Assembly: GCF_963921235.1 (NCBI RefSeq)
Contig: NC_086097.1
Span: forward strand, 229,650,001-229,714,000
From: Mobula hypostoma
Taxonomy: Eukaryota
Reading direction: 5' to 3'
Length of the DNA stretch: 64,000 nucleotides
Positions 51,128 through 64,000 of this stretch are shown here, in pieces (positions within the stretch are counted from its first letter, which is position 1; every line of letters starts with the position of its first letter). The notes under the pieces are model-generated. The model was not told the DNA's origin. It was given only the letters and a program-made list of their open reading frames with translations, and ran no database searches. Made by a program: the position numbers and the translations under genes.

Positions 51128-52974
51128 TAAGTATACCCAAAGACTTAGCTTCTACAGCCCCCGTTGCAAAGAATTCCACAGATTCATCACTCCCTGATTA
51201 CACAAGTACAACCCTCATCTCCATTCTAAAAGGACACCCTTCTATTCTGAGGCTGTGTCCTCTGGTCCTACACACCCCACTATAGGAAACATCCTCTCCA
51301 CATCCACTCTAATGAGGCCCTTCAACATTAAAAATGCTGGAGGGACTCAGCAGGCCAGGCAGCATCTATGGAAATAATTACAGTCGACGTTTCGGGCTGA
51401 GACCATTTAGCAGGATGTCTTCAGTCCGGCAAGTTAACTGTACGTTTTTCCATAGATGCTGCCTGGCCTGCTGAGTTCCTCCAGCATTTTGTGTGTGTTG
51501 CTCAGATTTCTAGCATCAGTAGATTTTCTCGTTTGGCTTTCAACATTCGGTAGGTTTCAATGAGATTCCCCCACCCACCCCCTCCATTCTTCTGTATTCC
51601 AGTGAGTAGAGACCCAGAACCATCAAACACTCTTCACATGACAAGCCTTTCAAGCCCAGGTAACACACACAAAATGCTGGAGGAACTCAGAACTCAGCGG
51701 GCCAGGCAGCATGCTTGCTGAGTCTTTCTTAGCCTGACTTCTCCCCTTACTTTCCAGTCCTGAGGAAGGGCCTGGGCTTGAAACATCGACGGTTTACTCT
51801 TTTCCATAGATAATTATTTAGAACTCTCAACAATATAAAAAATTTCACCATGCCTGTCCTATAACGTTACCGGAGCAGGCCAACAGGAGCATCCCCTTCA
51901 GCTGCTCTTCGGGCCTGATATTGAAACAGTGAGCTTTGGCTTTATGCAACGTTTACATCTGGATGGACAAGAGGTCAGCGCTCCTCCATACTCCACACTG
52001 ACATTAAGTGAGAAAGTGTGCTCAGTGTGTGACTTCAGAGCCTCGTGGGAAGGGACTGAAAACCAATCAGAAGGTTGTATTACATGATGCAGTGTGACCT
52101 CTCTACAAATCATTAAGTGGATAAATGGCTACTAGGGTGGATTCGCTTCAGATCCTTGTCCCACAGAGTTTTGAGCGTAAAGTCTGTCTTTTTGCATATT
52201 TCAGTGAAAGTGTTGATAATGGGCCGGGACTCGCCCTCTGGGTGCACATTAGCACAAGTGTTTTTGTGTATTGCATTCAAGTCCTGAGGTTTGGCCGCCC
52301 TGGGTTCTGGAGTGTCGTCCCCATAGGCTGAACAGCTTCCACCCAGTTCTGAAAATTACCTCCACTCTCACAAGTGGTTTGTCAGAACAAGAACCTGGAA
52401 AACCTGAACCACTTCCCATTAATTAGAGAGTCACCTCTTGCCACAGGCAAACCTCAGTGCAGACTTTGATTGATTAAGAAAAGTCAAATTTGACCTTGCC
52501 TTGTACAAAACTCAAGCTTCATCAGGGAGCAGTGATCTCTACCCCCTTTATATCCACTGAGATCTAGACTATCGACAGCAGCTGACTCAAGACACTGGAA
52601 CATACCAAGAACAGCATCTCCAGAAAGTCTTCCAAATTCATGGCTTGGCTAAGTGAATTAATGTCAATGTCCTCTCTCAAACCAACATCCACAATATTGA
52701 AGATGACAGGGTCAAAAGAAAATTTACTATCGAAGTATGTATATGGTAGCAGATACTACTTTCAGATTCATTTTCTTGGAGGAAAAATAAGCAAATACAG
52801 TAGAATTTATGAACAACTATAAAATAACAAATACTGACAAACAACCAATGTGCAAAAGAAGACAAATTGTGCAAATAATTAAAAAAAAATAATACTGAAA
52901 ACACGAGTTGCAAAGGCCTTGAAAGTGAATCTATTGGTTGTGGAGTCAATTGAGCACTGGAGTGAGTGAGTTAT

Positions 52975-53820
52975 CCAGAATAATGCAGGATTTCAGCAGA
53001 TCAGGCCGCATCTATGGAAAGGAATAAACAGTCAATGTTTCAGGCCAAGGCCCTTCATCAAGACTTGAATAAAAGGAGGAAGAAGCCAGAATAAGATAGT
53101 GGGTACGGGGAAGGAGTACAAGCCAGAAGGTGAAAGGTGAAGCCAGGTGAGGGGAAAGGTAGGTAGGTGGGGGCTGGGATTGAAGTGGGTCTCATCTTGG
53201 CGGTAGAGGAGGCCTTGGACCAATGTGTCGGAATGGGAATAGGCACTGGACTTAAAATGGTTGGTTGCCGGGAGATCTTGCCTGTTGCAGACAGAGCAAA
53301 GTTGCTGTGCAAGGTGGTCCCTCAATCTACGTTGGGTCTCAGAGACGTAGAGGAGGCTGCACCAGTAGCACCGGATACAGTAGACAACCCTGGCAGACTT
53401 ACAGGTGAAGTATTGCCTCACCTGGAAGGACTCTTAGGGGCCTTGAATAATGGTGAGGGAGGGACAAATAGACAAGGGAATCACATAGGGAGTAGTCTCT
53501 GCGGAAAGCAGGGTGTCTGGTGGGGGAGGGGTGGGAGAGACGTGCTTGGTGGTAGGATCCCGCTTGAGATGGCGGAAGTTGAAGAGAATTACGTGCTGGA
53601 CGTGGAAGCTCATGAGTGGTAGGTGAGGACAAGAGGTTACAGGAAGATAAGCTGTCTGGGAAATGGAGGAGATGCAGATGAGGGCAGCATCAGTGGTAGA
53701 GGAAGAGAGGACATCTCTGATGTGCTGGGAAGGAAAGCTTCATTCTGAGAACAAATGCGGCAGAGACGGAGGATCTGGGAAAAGGGAATGACAATTTTAC
53801 AAGTCACAGAGAGGGAAGAA
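52975..53820 (-). mobile_element. Older Penelope-like fragment (GIY-YIG remnant plus pLTR)
   Basis: RQYFTCKSARVVYCIRC..CSLLYVSETQRRLRDH; IPFSQILRLCRICS. Confidence 0.75.
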
Positions 53821-55759
53821 GCACAGTTATTCACACTGGTTCAGGAGCCTGACGGTTGAGGGGTAATAATTGTTCCTGAACCTGGTGGTGTGGAACCTAA
53901 GGCCACTTTTTGTAGAATTTTCCATTCCCGGGCACTGGAGTGATATAGTCACTCTCCATCAGCAACAATGAGCTAGTCACGTTGATCACATGACTGACAC
54001 CATACAAGTAACCCAACTCTGTCGTGTTAATGGATTACCAGGTGGACAAAGGAAAAGATTCAAAGGTGTAGTCATAGATTCCACAAAAAAATGCAACACC
54101 CCTACTAACTCCTGAGAATCGTGAACAGGTGAGCACTCGGAGTGGAAACAGAGAACTAGAGATGGTATGAGGAACCTCCATATCGGGAGCAGACTGAAGT
54201 GTTGTGGAAGCCCAGTTAGGAGTAGGTCACCGCACAAACTATCCACCTGCTGCCCTGTCTATGAAGAGTCTAAGGTTTCCCTTTGGGGCTCACCACGAAC
54301 CTCAGAACATACAAAACATGAATGGTAGAAGGGCACCCTTGAAACTGAGAAGGCTACTGGCAAAAAGTTTTATTTATTTTTAGAGATACTGTGCGGTAAC
54401 AGGCTCTTACGGTGCAATGAGCCCGTGCCGCTGATTTACACCCACGTGTGCAATCAATTAGCCTACTAATGTGAAAGAAGAGAGAATCTGCAGATGCTGG
54501 AAATCCGAGCAACACACACAAAATGCTGGAGGAACTCAGCAGGCCAGGCAGCATCTATGGAAAAGAGTAAACTGTCAACCTTTCGGACAGCTAATCCGTA
54601 TGTCTTTGGAATGTGGGAACAAAAGCGGAGCACCTGGAGGCAACCTGTACGGTCATGGGGAGAACGTACAAACTCCTTACAGCGGGAATTGAGACTGGCA
54701 ATGAAATAGCATAACGTGAACCTCCTACATTACCCTGAATGCTGTTCATTGATAGTAAAGCTTTTGTGCCTCCTCTCATGAATTAAAAAGAACATTATTT
54801 AAAATACGAGTATTGGCCAACTAAGGACAAAACAAAGTGATTTTAATCTTTATAAATGTTCCTTTGTGCAATAAAGATTCATTCAACTTATTATGGTCAA
54901 AAGAAGCAAAACATGCTTTTAGAGTACAATGACAGCCTACATGCAGTAATGAAGCCATGCTCATTAGTTCCCAGTATCAGGAGGATACATAATGAGCTTT
55001 TGAGTTAGTTCAATTTTGCCAGAGGGGGTGGACCTTCAATGGAACAGTGCAGTACAGCCTTGCAACAAAGACATTAATTGTACATAACATAATTCTCAGA
55101 GCTGACAAACCCTCTCATTAGTATGCTCTAATGGGCAAAACATGATAATTCTCTAAGAGACATTGAACACAATTACTATAAATCACAATGCTCGTAGCAC
55201 TAACCATGCTTTCTACAGAGGAATGAGCGAGCGTCTGTACTGTATCAAGTCCTAGTCTTGCCCAGTGAAAGGACTGACTATGCTTGCACTGGGCATCATT
55301 ATTATGTTCCATGAAAATAATTGAAATCCACAATAACTCTCCTCAAATTGTCACAAGTACTGAATGCACTCATTTTCAGTACATTGAGAATGATTATTAT
55401 AGGACATTGTAAACTGCTTGTTTAGATCAATGACACTGTGAGGACAGACATTAACTATTGCTGGAAGGGTTATGTCCGTAATTATAGTAAATCATTTCCA
55501 TCAGCACTGTCATTTTCCAGACAGCGTTGATACTGATGGTCGTCTGTATTCTTCACGAGCACTGGGATACAGATCAATGGTGATCACTGTACCCAGTGTG
55601 GTCACTGTTTTTAGGAGATGATCATTAATAGAGGAAAGCACTCTGTAGAGTTCCTGTCATTCCCTCATCCTCCCAACGCAGATCGCTCAAGGATTCAACC
55701 ACACCTGCAGAAGATGACAGAAAAAAGAGCTTCAAAACACGCTGTTTGAAGCTATAATT

Positions 55760-56130
55760 TATTAGACCAAAGATAGGCTGATCAAGCTGGGGGTTTTCCC
55801 TTTGCAGCTGAGCAGGATGAGAGGTGACTTGATAAGAGTTGTACAAGATGATAAGAGGCATAGGTCGAGTGGATAGCCAGAGACTTTTTGTCAGGGTGGA
55901 GATAGGCTATAAAAGGGGGCATAATTTTAAGGTATTGGGTGGGAAGATGGCAGGGGTAATTTTTTTTACACAGAGAGTGGAGAGTGCATATTCCTGGAAT
56001 GGTGGTAGAGGCAGAAACAGTAGAAGCACTTAAGAAACACTTGGAAAGGCAGCTGGATGACAGAAAAATGGAGGGAAGAGTTAAAAGGTTAGCACAATAT
56101 TGTGGGCCGAAGGGCCTGTAAAATGTTCTA
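55760..56130 (+). mobile_element. CR1 3' fragment
   Basis: RMRGDLIRVYKMIRGIGRVDSQRLF..RGHNFKV remnant. Confidence 0.7.
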
Positions 56131-57619
56131 CGAATGCAATGCCGCATCTCTAATGTCCAATGTAATGTTTGATTTCTATAGTGGCACATCTACATTCCAG
56201 TAATAAACTACTTTCTCATTGTTTTTAAGGTCTATTACAATCTGTACTGCCTTTGATCATCACCAATCAGTCTGGACCATAAATATCCACAAATAGTAAG
56301 CAAAGGCTAGAGGGAGAAGGAATGGGAGGATTTTTGTTTTACATTGCTTGGTTAGAGTTTCACTCAATCCTCAAGTATCAACTAGAAAAGTTCACATCAA
56401 GACAGCTGGTGTGCTTGAATGGAAGTTTGCACTGAAGCTTTCAGACTGACACTTGGCTTGCTGGGATCTCATTCTCAGTGTCTCCAATGAACGGTTTTTT
56501 AAACACTGGCAATACTTTCACAAGAAGTACCCCAAGACTTCCTACACAGTTCTAACCATATATTGTCTTCAAAATATAAAATTTGGTTTCTACAGTCATT
56601 GAATGAAGAGCAGCATACACAAGGGAAAGCACTAGTCCATTTCCTCTTGCAACCCACATTTCAGTCTCGAGCTGGGATCTCCAACCTTTTTTATGCTATG
56701 GACCAATACCATTAAGCAAGGGGTCTGTGGACCCCAAGTTGGGAACCCCTGCTCTACAGTTTCTTATTGGTATAAACTTTGAGCACATTATTGTCACAAA
56801 TTAATATTGGAACATGAACATTTGTCTCATCTCAATCTTAAATTGCAAAACCAACTCACCGAGTCTAAAACACTGAATTCAAGATTCCCCGGAGTGGCTT
56901 AATTGCCTGACATCATCAATCTTGTTAAGGTTTTCTAACATTTTGATATATTTTAATAACTGAAGCAGAATGTCACTGAGGACCTTTCCTTTATAAATAA
57001 AAGCAGCATTATACCACAATCTACTACTGGAAATTAGAAGAATGACCTTATATTTGTAAGAAAACAAATTTGTGAATAACAACGTCCCAAAAATTGCTAT
57101 GTGATTAATGATATTACATTTTTTAGTGCAGATGCTGTTTAAAACACCATGAAAACAGTACAGCTTAATGCACTACAACCAAATTAAAATTAAGATGGAA
57201 TCCTAGTTTAACGTCTCAAATAAAATTCCCACGCAGCGCTACATGGCAATACCATTTTAAATTGATATACTCAAGTTCTGTCTTGAATCTGCCCAAATTT
57301 GATAGTGTAGCATAATATCTCTGCATCCTGGCCTTAATCAAAACAGAAAATTCATCCATGTCTATCCTCCAATATGGATCAAGCATACTTCAATGAACAA
57401 AGGTGCTCAAAGAACCCAACAAGTACCTAAGTTACCTCAAATGTGAAGCGAGATGGCTTGAAACATCTTCTGTCTTGCAGTGAGACCTCCTGATCAATAA
57501 TTGCTGTCACGATCCGGCCGGCCTACTCTGAAGTCTGGTCTAAGGCAGTGTTAAGGACCACTGGCGTGAATTCCCAATGGTGAAAAGAAAATGTCACTAA
57601 TAACTAAGTGTGGCAATTA

Positions 57620-58550
57620 CACCTATGACTGTGAAATGCTGAACGCTGTCCTAGGAAAGCAGCATCCATCACCAGAGATCCCCACCGCCCAGGCCGTGCT
57701 CTTTTCTCGCTGCTGCCAACAGGAATAAGACAAAAGAGCCTGAGGACTCGCACCACCAGGTCCAAGAACAGTTACTACTCCTCAACCATCAGGCTCTTGA
57801 ATAAAAGGGGATAACTATAGTCACTTGCCTATCATCATTGAGATGTTTCCCACAGCCAATGATCTCACTTTAAGGACTCTTTATCTCATTATCTCATGTT
57901 CTCATTACTTATTGCTATTTATTTATATTTGCATTTGCACAGTTTGTTGTCTTCTGCACTCTGGTTGAGCTTGCATTGATCCTGTTATAGTTATGATTCT
58001 ATAGATCTTTTGAGTATGCCCTCAGGAGAATTAATCTCAGGGTTGCAAATGGTGACATACGAGGGGTGATTGATAAGTTCGTGGCCTAGGGTAGAAGGAG
58101 ATGACTTATTAACTTCAAACTTTCTGCATTTTCACTCAAAGAGTTAAACTGCACGTGCATGTAACAAGAGCGGTATAACTCATCTCCTTCTACCTTAGGC
58201 CACAAACTTATCAATCGCCTCTGCTGTGGACCACCTGGAGGTCCAAGACGCTCTCGTTACATGCACGTGCAGTTCAACTCTTTGAGTGATAATGCAGAAA
58301 GTTTGAAGTTAATAACTCATTTCCTTCTACTTTAGGCCACGAACTTATCCATCACCGCTGCTGTGGACCACTTCTACAAAGAAGGGATCCGTATGCTCCA
58401 CGACTGCTGGATTGTGTACATGTAGGAGGGGACTATGTTGAAAAATAAATGTGCTAGGTTTTCTAAAATTGGCTTCTTCTACCTTAGGCCATGAACTTAT
58501 CAATCACCCCTCGTATATGTACTTTGATAATAAAATTTACTTTGAACTTT
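57620..58550 (+). mobile_element. Rex-like LINE 3' end hosting a mariner MITE
   Basis: LGKAASITRDPH.PGRALFSLLP.G.R.KSLRTRTTRSKNSYY; 3' UTR resumes after 58515 with a TTTGAAC tail. Confidence 0.65.
58058..58515 (+). mobile_element. Mariner-derived MITE
   Basis: TIR TACGAGGGGTGATTGATAAGTTCGTGGCCT / AGGCCATGAACTTATCAATCACCCCTCGTA including the TA TSD; mariner transposase C-terminus GGDYVEK*. Confidence 0.9.
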
Positions 58551-59009
58551 ATTTTCATTGTACCTATTTTATAAAAGGGCAGACAATGACTTTTCGCTTT
58601 TAACAGGCTCTATCACCCTCTTTCTTTCTTTTTAAATCTTTTTATTGAATAAGTATACAAAAAGGTAAGCCATACAGGCACAAATACACTGTTAGAATAT
58701 AATAAAATTACAGGAGATATTAATACAGAAAAAAAAGTGATACAATGTAATTTAACCATAACATACTAAGGTAACATAATAGTATACTAATTTTTATATA
58801 TATATATATCAATAGAGAAAAGGAAAAAAAACCCCCAAAAAACCCACCATGCAACTAAACTAAAGGCAAAGCAAAGCAATGGGCTAACTTGGAACCAAGA
58901 AGAGTTAAAGAACTTAAAATCACGTCCTCAAACCTGACCTCCATTAAAAACAGTAAAAAAAAACAAGAAGGGTATATAAATATGGAGCAAAAAAGAGAAG
59001 AAAAAAAAA

Positions 59010-62000
59010 TTACATTAAATGAAAATATTGAATAAAAGATCTCCAGGTCTGTTCAAATTTAAGTGAGGAATCATAAAGATTACTTCTAATTTTCTCTAAA
59101 TTCAAACATAATATCGTCTGAGAAAACCAAAAAAAGGTGGTTGGAGCATTGAGCTCTTTCCAATGTTGTAAGATACATCTTTTCGCCATTAAGGTAAGAA
59201 ATGCAATCATTCTACGGGCTGAAGGAGAAAGATTACTGGAAATTTTAGGTAGTCCAAAGAGAGCAGTAATAGGGTGAGGAGAGATATCTATATTCAATAC
59301 CTTGGAGATAATATTAAAAATGTCTCTCCATAAAGTTTCCAGAGTAGGACAAGACCAAAACATATGAGTTAAAGAGGCTATCTGCCCCGGACATCTATCA
59401 CAAAAAGGATTAATATGAGAATAAAAGCGAGCTAATTTATCTTTGGACATATGTGCTCTATGAACAACTTTAAATTGAATTAGGGAATGTTTAGCACAGA
59501 TAGAGGAAGTATTGACTAATTGTAAAATCTGCCCCCAGTCACCCACAGAAATGATAGAACCCAATTCCTGTTCCCAATCTACCCTAATCTTATCAAATGG
59601 AGCTTTCCTAAGTTTCATAATAATATTATAAATCATAGCCGATGCACCTTTCTGACATGGATTAAGGTTAATTATAGTATCTAAAATGTATGTAGGAGGA
59701 AGCATTAGAAAGGAAGAAAGAATAGTACTTAGGAAATTTCTAACTTGTAGATATCTAAAAAAATGTATTCTTGATAAATTATATTTATTAGATAATTGTT
59801 CAAAAGACATAAGGGAACCATCTAAAAATAAATCCAAAAACCGTGAAATACCCTTAGTCTTCCAAATTTGAAAAGCACGATCCGTAAAAGAGGGAGGAAA
59901 AAATATGTTACCTAAAATAGGAATCGCTAGCCCAAATTGGTTGAGATCAAAAAATTTTCTGAATTGAAATCAAATACGTAAGGTATATTTAACTATCGGG
60001 TTAGAGACCTGTTTGAGGTGTTTCAAATCAAAAAGAAGAGAGGAACCTAAAATAGAGCCAAGTGTATAGCCCTGAACAGATTGTAATTCCAATGCTACCC
60101 ATTTGGGAATGGATCCTGGTCAAGTAACCAAAATTTCATATGTCGAATATTAATTGCCCAATAATAGAATCTAAAGTTAGGTAATGCTAAACCTCCATCT
60201 CTCTTAGCTTTCTGTAAACGTATTTTACCCAGTCTCGGGTTTTTATTTTGCCAAATAAATGAAGAAATTTCTGAGTCAACTTTATCAAAAAAAGATTTTG
60301 GAACAAAAATCGGTAATGCCTGAAATATATATAAAAATTTTGGCAGAAAAAACATCTTAACTGCATTAATACGACCAATCAAAGTTAAATATAAAGGAAA
60401 CCATTTAGATGAAAGTTGAATAATATGGTCAATTAAGGGTAAAAAGTTAATCTTAAATAAATCTGTGTTTACAAGTAATTTTAATCCCAAGATATGAAAA
60501 ATAATTATTAATCAATTTAAACGGAAAGTTATGATATAAGGGAAGTTGCTCATTAATCGGGAAAAGTTCACTCTTACTAAGATTTAATTTATAACCTGAA
60601 AAAAGACCAAATTGTGCTAATAACTCTAAAACAACAGGGATGGATTTTTGAGGATTAGAAATATATATAAGTCATCAGCATAGAGTGATATTTTATGGGA
60701 CTTTAAGCCCCGAGTTATCCCAGTAATATTTGGAGATTCTCGAATGGCAATTGCAAGAGGTTCTAATGCAATATCAAATAATAAAGGACTAAGAGGACAA
60801 CCTTGTCGAGTACCTCGAAAAAGAGGGAAAAAAGGTGAGCTTAAAGAGTTAGTACAGATCGAGGCCACAGGAGAATGATATAACAATTTGATCCAGGATA
60901 TAAATTTCGAGCTAAAATTAAACATTTCAAGCACCTTAAGTAAGTAAGGCCATTCTACTCTATCAAAAGCTTTCTCAGCATCTAAAGAGATAACACACTC
61001 AGGAACATTTTGTGAGGGGGTATAAACAATATTTAACAGTGTGCGAATGTTATAAAAAGAGTAACGACCTTTAATAAAACCCGTTTGGTCTTCCGAAATA
61101 ATAAAAGGAAGTACTTTTTCTAATCTGTTTGCTAATAACTTAGAAAAATTTTTTAGAATCAACATTTAATAAAGATATTGGTCTATAAGATGCACATTGA
61201 GCAGGATCTTTATCCTTCTTTAATATTAGAGAGATTGACGCTCTATTGAAAGGTTCGGGAAGTTTACCAAGTTTTAATGAAGCCCCGAAAACCCTACAGA
61301 GCCAAGGGATTAATGAAGGTGCGAAACATTTATAAAATTCTATGGTAAACCCATCAGGGCCAGGAGCTTTCCCCAGGTTCATAGAGGAAATAACATTCCT
61401 AATCTCATCAGTGGTGATGGGAGTATCTAGCATAGAAGACATATCCTGTGAAATCTCAGGGAAGTCTAGGTTATCTAAAAAATCATTCATATATTTAGAG
61501 TCTCGAGGAGACTCTGATTGATATAAGGAAGAATAAAAATCAAAGAAGGTTTGATTAATCCCTGCATGATCAAGTATCAGTCGATCATTTTGATTATAAA
61601 TCTGATTAATTTGAGATTTAGCATAGTTAGACTTCAATTGGTTAGCCAACAGTTTGCCAATTTTATCACTATGTACATAAAATTCACTTCTTGTTTTCTT
61701 TAATTGGTTTACAATCGAGGATGAAAGTAATAAACTGTGTTCCATTTGAAGTTCAGTTCTTTATTTATATAACTCCTCAGAGGGAGCTGTAACATATTTC
61801 TTATCAATTTCCTTAATCTTGTCCACAATTACCAACTCCTCCTGCTTCAGCTTCTTCCTCAAAGCAGCAGAATACGAGATAATCTGACCACGAATATAAG
61901 CTTTAAAAGTATCCCAAAGAATGTTCACAGAAATATCCTCTGTATAGTTGATTGTAAAAAAAAGATCAATCTGTTCATTCATAAATTTAACAAAGTCCGA

Positions 62001-62777
62001 ATCCTGAAGCAACAGCGAATTAAAACGCCTTTGTCTATTATTTTGTGTATTGGCCTGAATTTTAATAGAAAGCTTAAGTGGAGCATGATCCGAAATGGTT
62101 ATAGAGTCATAATCACATTTAATCACTGAAGAAATAAGATGAGAGTCAATAAAAAAAATAATCAATTCTTGAATAGGAATGGTGAACATGTGAAAAAAAA
62201 AGAAAAATCTTTTTCCTGAGGATGCAAAAAACGCCAAATGTCCGTCGACCCAGAATCAGAGAGGAATGAATTAATCAAAGTTGCAGATTTATTAGGTAAG
62301 GTTCGTAGAGGAGCCGAATGGTCCAAAGCTGGAGATAAACAGGTATTAAGATCTCTGCCCCAGATCAATGAAAACTCATTCAAATTGGGGAACTGATTGA
62401 ATAATGATTTATAAAATTCCGGATAGTCCATATTGGGAGCATAAACATTAACCAAAACTACCTTCTTATTAAATAGTAGACCACTAACCAGTAGAAATCT
62501 ACCATTCGGATCAGAGATAATATTATGTTGTATAAAAGTAACTGAGGAGTCTATAAAGATAGAGACACCTCGAATCTTAGCGTTAGAGTTCGAATGAAAC
62601 TGTTGTCCCTCCCAGAATTTAAAAAAAATGTAGTCTGTCCCCCCTCCGCACATGGGTCTCTTGTAAAAATAGAATTTGTGCTTTAAGTCTCCGGAACACT
62701 TTAAAAACTTTTTTCCTTTTAATAGGATGGTTAAGACCATTAGTATTCCAGGAGACAAAATTAATAATAGACTCCAT
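59010..62777 (-). pseudogene. L1 ORF2 (APE endonuclease, RT, CCHC), multiple frameshifts
   Basis: MESIINFVSWNTNGLN, LQETH, VNVYAPN, ISDHAP, KAPGPDGF, YRPISLLNVD, SLDAEKAFDRVEW, GTRQGCPLSP, YADD (60671-60682), CDRC..HMFWSC. Confidence 0.93.
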
Positions 62778-63483
62778 AAACCCTAAAGTCAACCCGCAAA
62801 AAGGAGGATTGACGATAGGCTCGACCCACAAACCCGGAAAGGGAACAGAACAAAGAAGAGATACCGGGAAGGAGAACGCAACCAATACTTCAATAGTGTA
62901 CATAGCCCAAGAAGAAATAAACTAAAACGTGAAGCCCCTCCCACCACTCCCCACCCCATGACCCCAAGGCTAAATCTAAAACAGACCAGCCAGAAAGAAG
63001 CAAGCACTAAAACTACCCCCATGACTTCCGATAGACGCTCCCTAAAAAAAAGTGTAAATATAAAAAAGATCAGCTAGTTATAAAACAGTAAAAGAATAAA
63101 AAAAGTAAATCAATTAAAACAAACACTTAATATAACAAAGAAAAAGCCAGAAAACATAAAAAAACCGCAACAAACCCCAGACCCTATGAATAAACAAAAA
63201 AAGAAATGAAAATATTAACATAAATTAGCTATGAAAACCTACAAAAAAAGTAGATTTAAAAACTACAAAATTTAAGGCCTCAAAGGAAATACGTAGAATG
63301 ACGCTGAGGACATAACCACCCAGAATCCCCTAGGAAAAAGAAAGGAATGATGCAGATAGAAAGAAAGTTTAGCAACCATATTAATGAATCAAAAATAAAC
63401 TTTTCTGCCCATATAAGGCAAAAAAAAATTAAGGCTGACAGATTCACAACCTCCGATCAAACGGAGATAGTTAAAAATTACGA

Positions 63484-64000
63484 TTAAGATGTTGAAGGTG
63501 AAAATTGATCCAGATAACTCTGGGCATCCGATGGAGATTCAAAAAAATGGAGGGCTCCATCCAACGTACGGATCCTTAGACGTGCTGGGTAAAGCAGCGC
63601 TGGTTTTAAATCCATCTTGTAGAGTTCCGACATCACAGATCTGTAACGAACCCGTTGATCTTGAATTGGTTTACTGAAATCCTCCATGAACCGGAAATTA
63701 AAATCCGAAAAATCAATGTAACCTTTAGATCGAACGAATCGAAGCAGTTTCTCCTTGTCTTGAAAGTAATGAAAACGTAAGATGACATGTCGAGGTTTAT
63801 CTGACTTAGACGAGTATGATGGAACTCTGTGAGCCCGATCCAATAACGGTGGTTGGTCAGGAAATACAGTAGGAAATGTATCTTTTAAAAGTTGAGAAAA
63901 AAACTTCATAGGGTTGTCAGATTCCACAGCTTCACGTACACCAATCATTCGAAGATTCTGCCGTCGCATTCTGGATTCTAAGTCAGAGTTTTTAAAGGTC
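63484..64000 (-). CDS. L1 ORF1p C-terminal part (RRM/CTD), 5' end outside the window
   Basis: RRQNLRMIGVRE, LDRAHR, PRHVILRFH, LLYPARLRI motifs. Confidence 0.85.
   Translation of the reverse strand, partial: TFKNSDLESRMRRQNLRMIGVREAVESDNPMKFFSQLLKDTFPTVFPDQPPLLDRAHRVPSYSSKSDKPRHVILRFHYFQDKEKLLRFVRSKGYIDFSDFNFRFMEDFSKPIQDQRVRYRSVMSELYKMDLKPALLYPARLRIRTLDGALHFFESPSDAQSYLDQFSPSTS

Larger units (their letters stand above)
58621..64000 (-). mobile_element. L1-clade LINE, near full length (continues beyond the window)
   Basis: ORF1 C-terminal part, ~700-bp spacer, fragmented ORF2, 3' UTR with AATAAA and an A-rich tail at ~58621-58647. Confidence 0.93.

Overview
Eukaryotic, repeat-dense, essentially gene-free window. 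The repeat landscape (CR1, Rex/Babar, Penelope, L1, RTE, Tc1/mariner, hAT, DeuSINE-like) suggests a cartilaginous fish, probably a ray; this is an inference. No intact host protein-coding gene is recognisable. The main object is a Gypsy (Mag-like) LTR retrotransposon at 18353-26536 with ~220-bp LTRs, a tRNA-Ser(GCT)-type PBS, a PPT and a CATTC target-site duplication. Its RT/RNaseH/integrase region is replaced by an intronless, full-length copy of the SUDS3 (SDS3, Sin3-HDAC subunit) mRNA, fused in frame just behind the aspartic protease. This copy later acquired stops, two CR1 insertions, a mariner MITE and a ~1.2-kb microhomology-bounded inversion with a 165-bp inverted duplication that flipped its 5' LTR. 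Also present: many Penelope pLTR hammerhead-ribozyme motifs, a palindromic Penelope insertion with a 14-bp TSD, deeply nested TE stacks, several solo LTRs and a near-full-length frameshifted L1 at the right end. Coordinates were read by eye; edges of degraded repeats are approximate.
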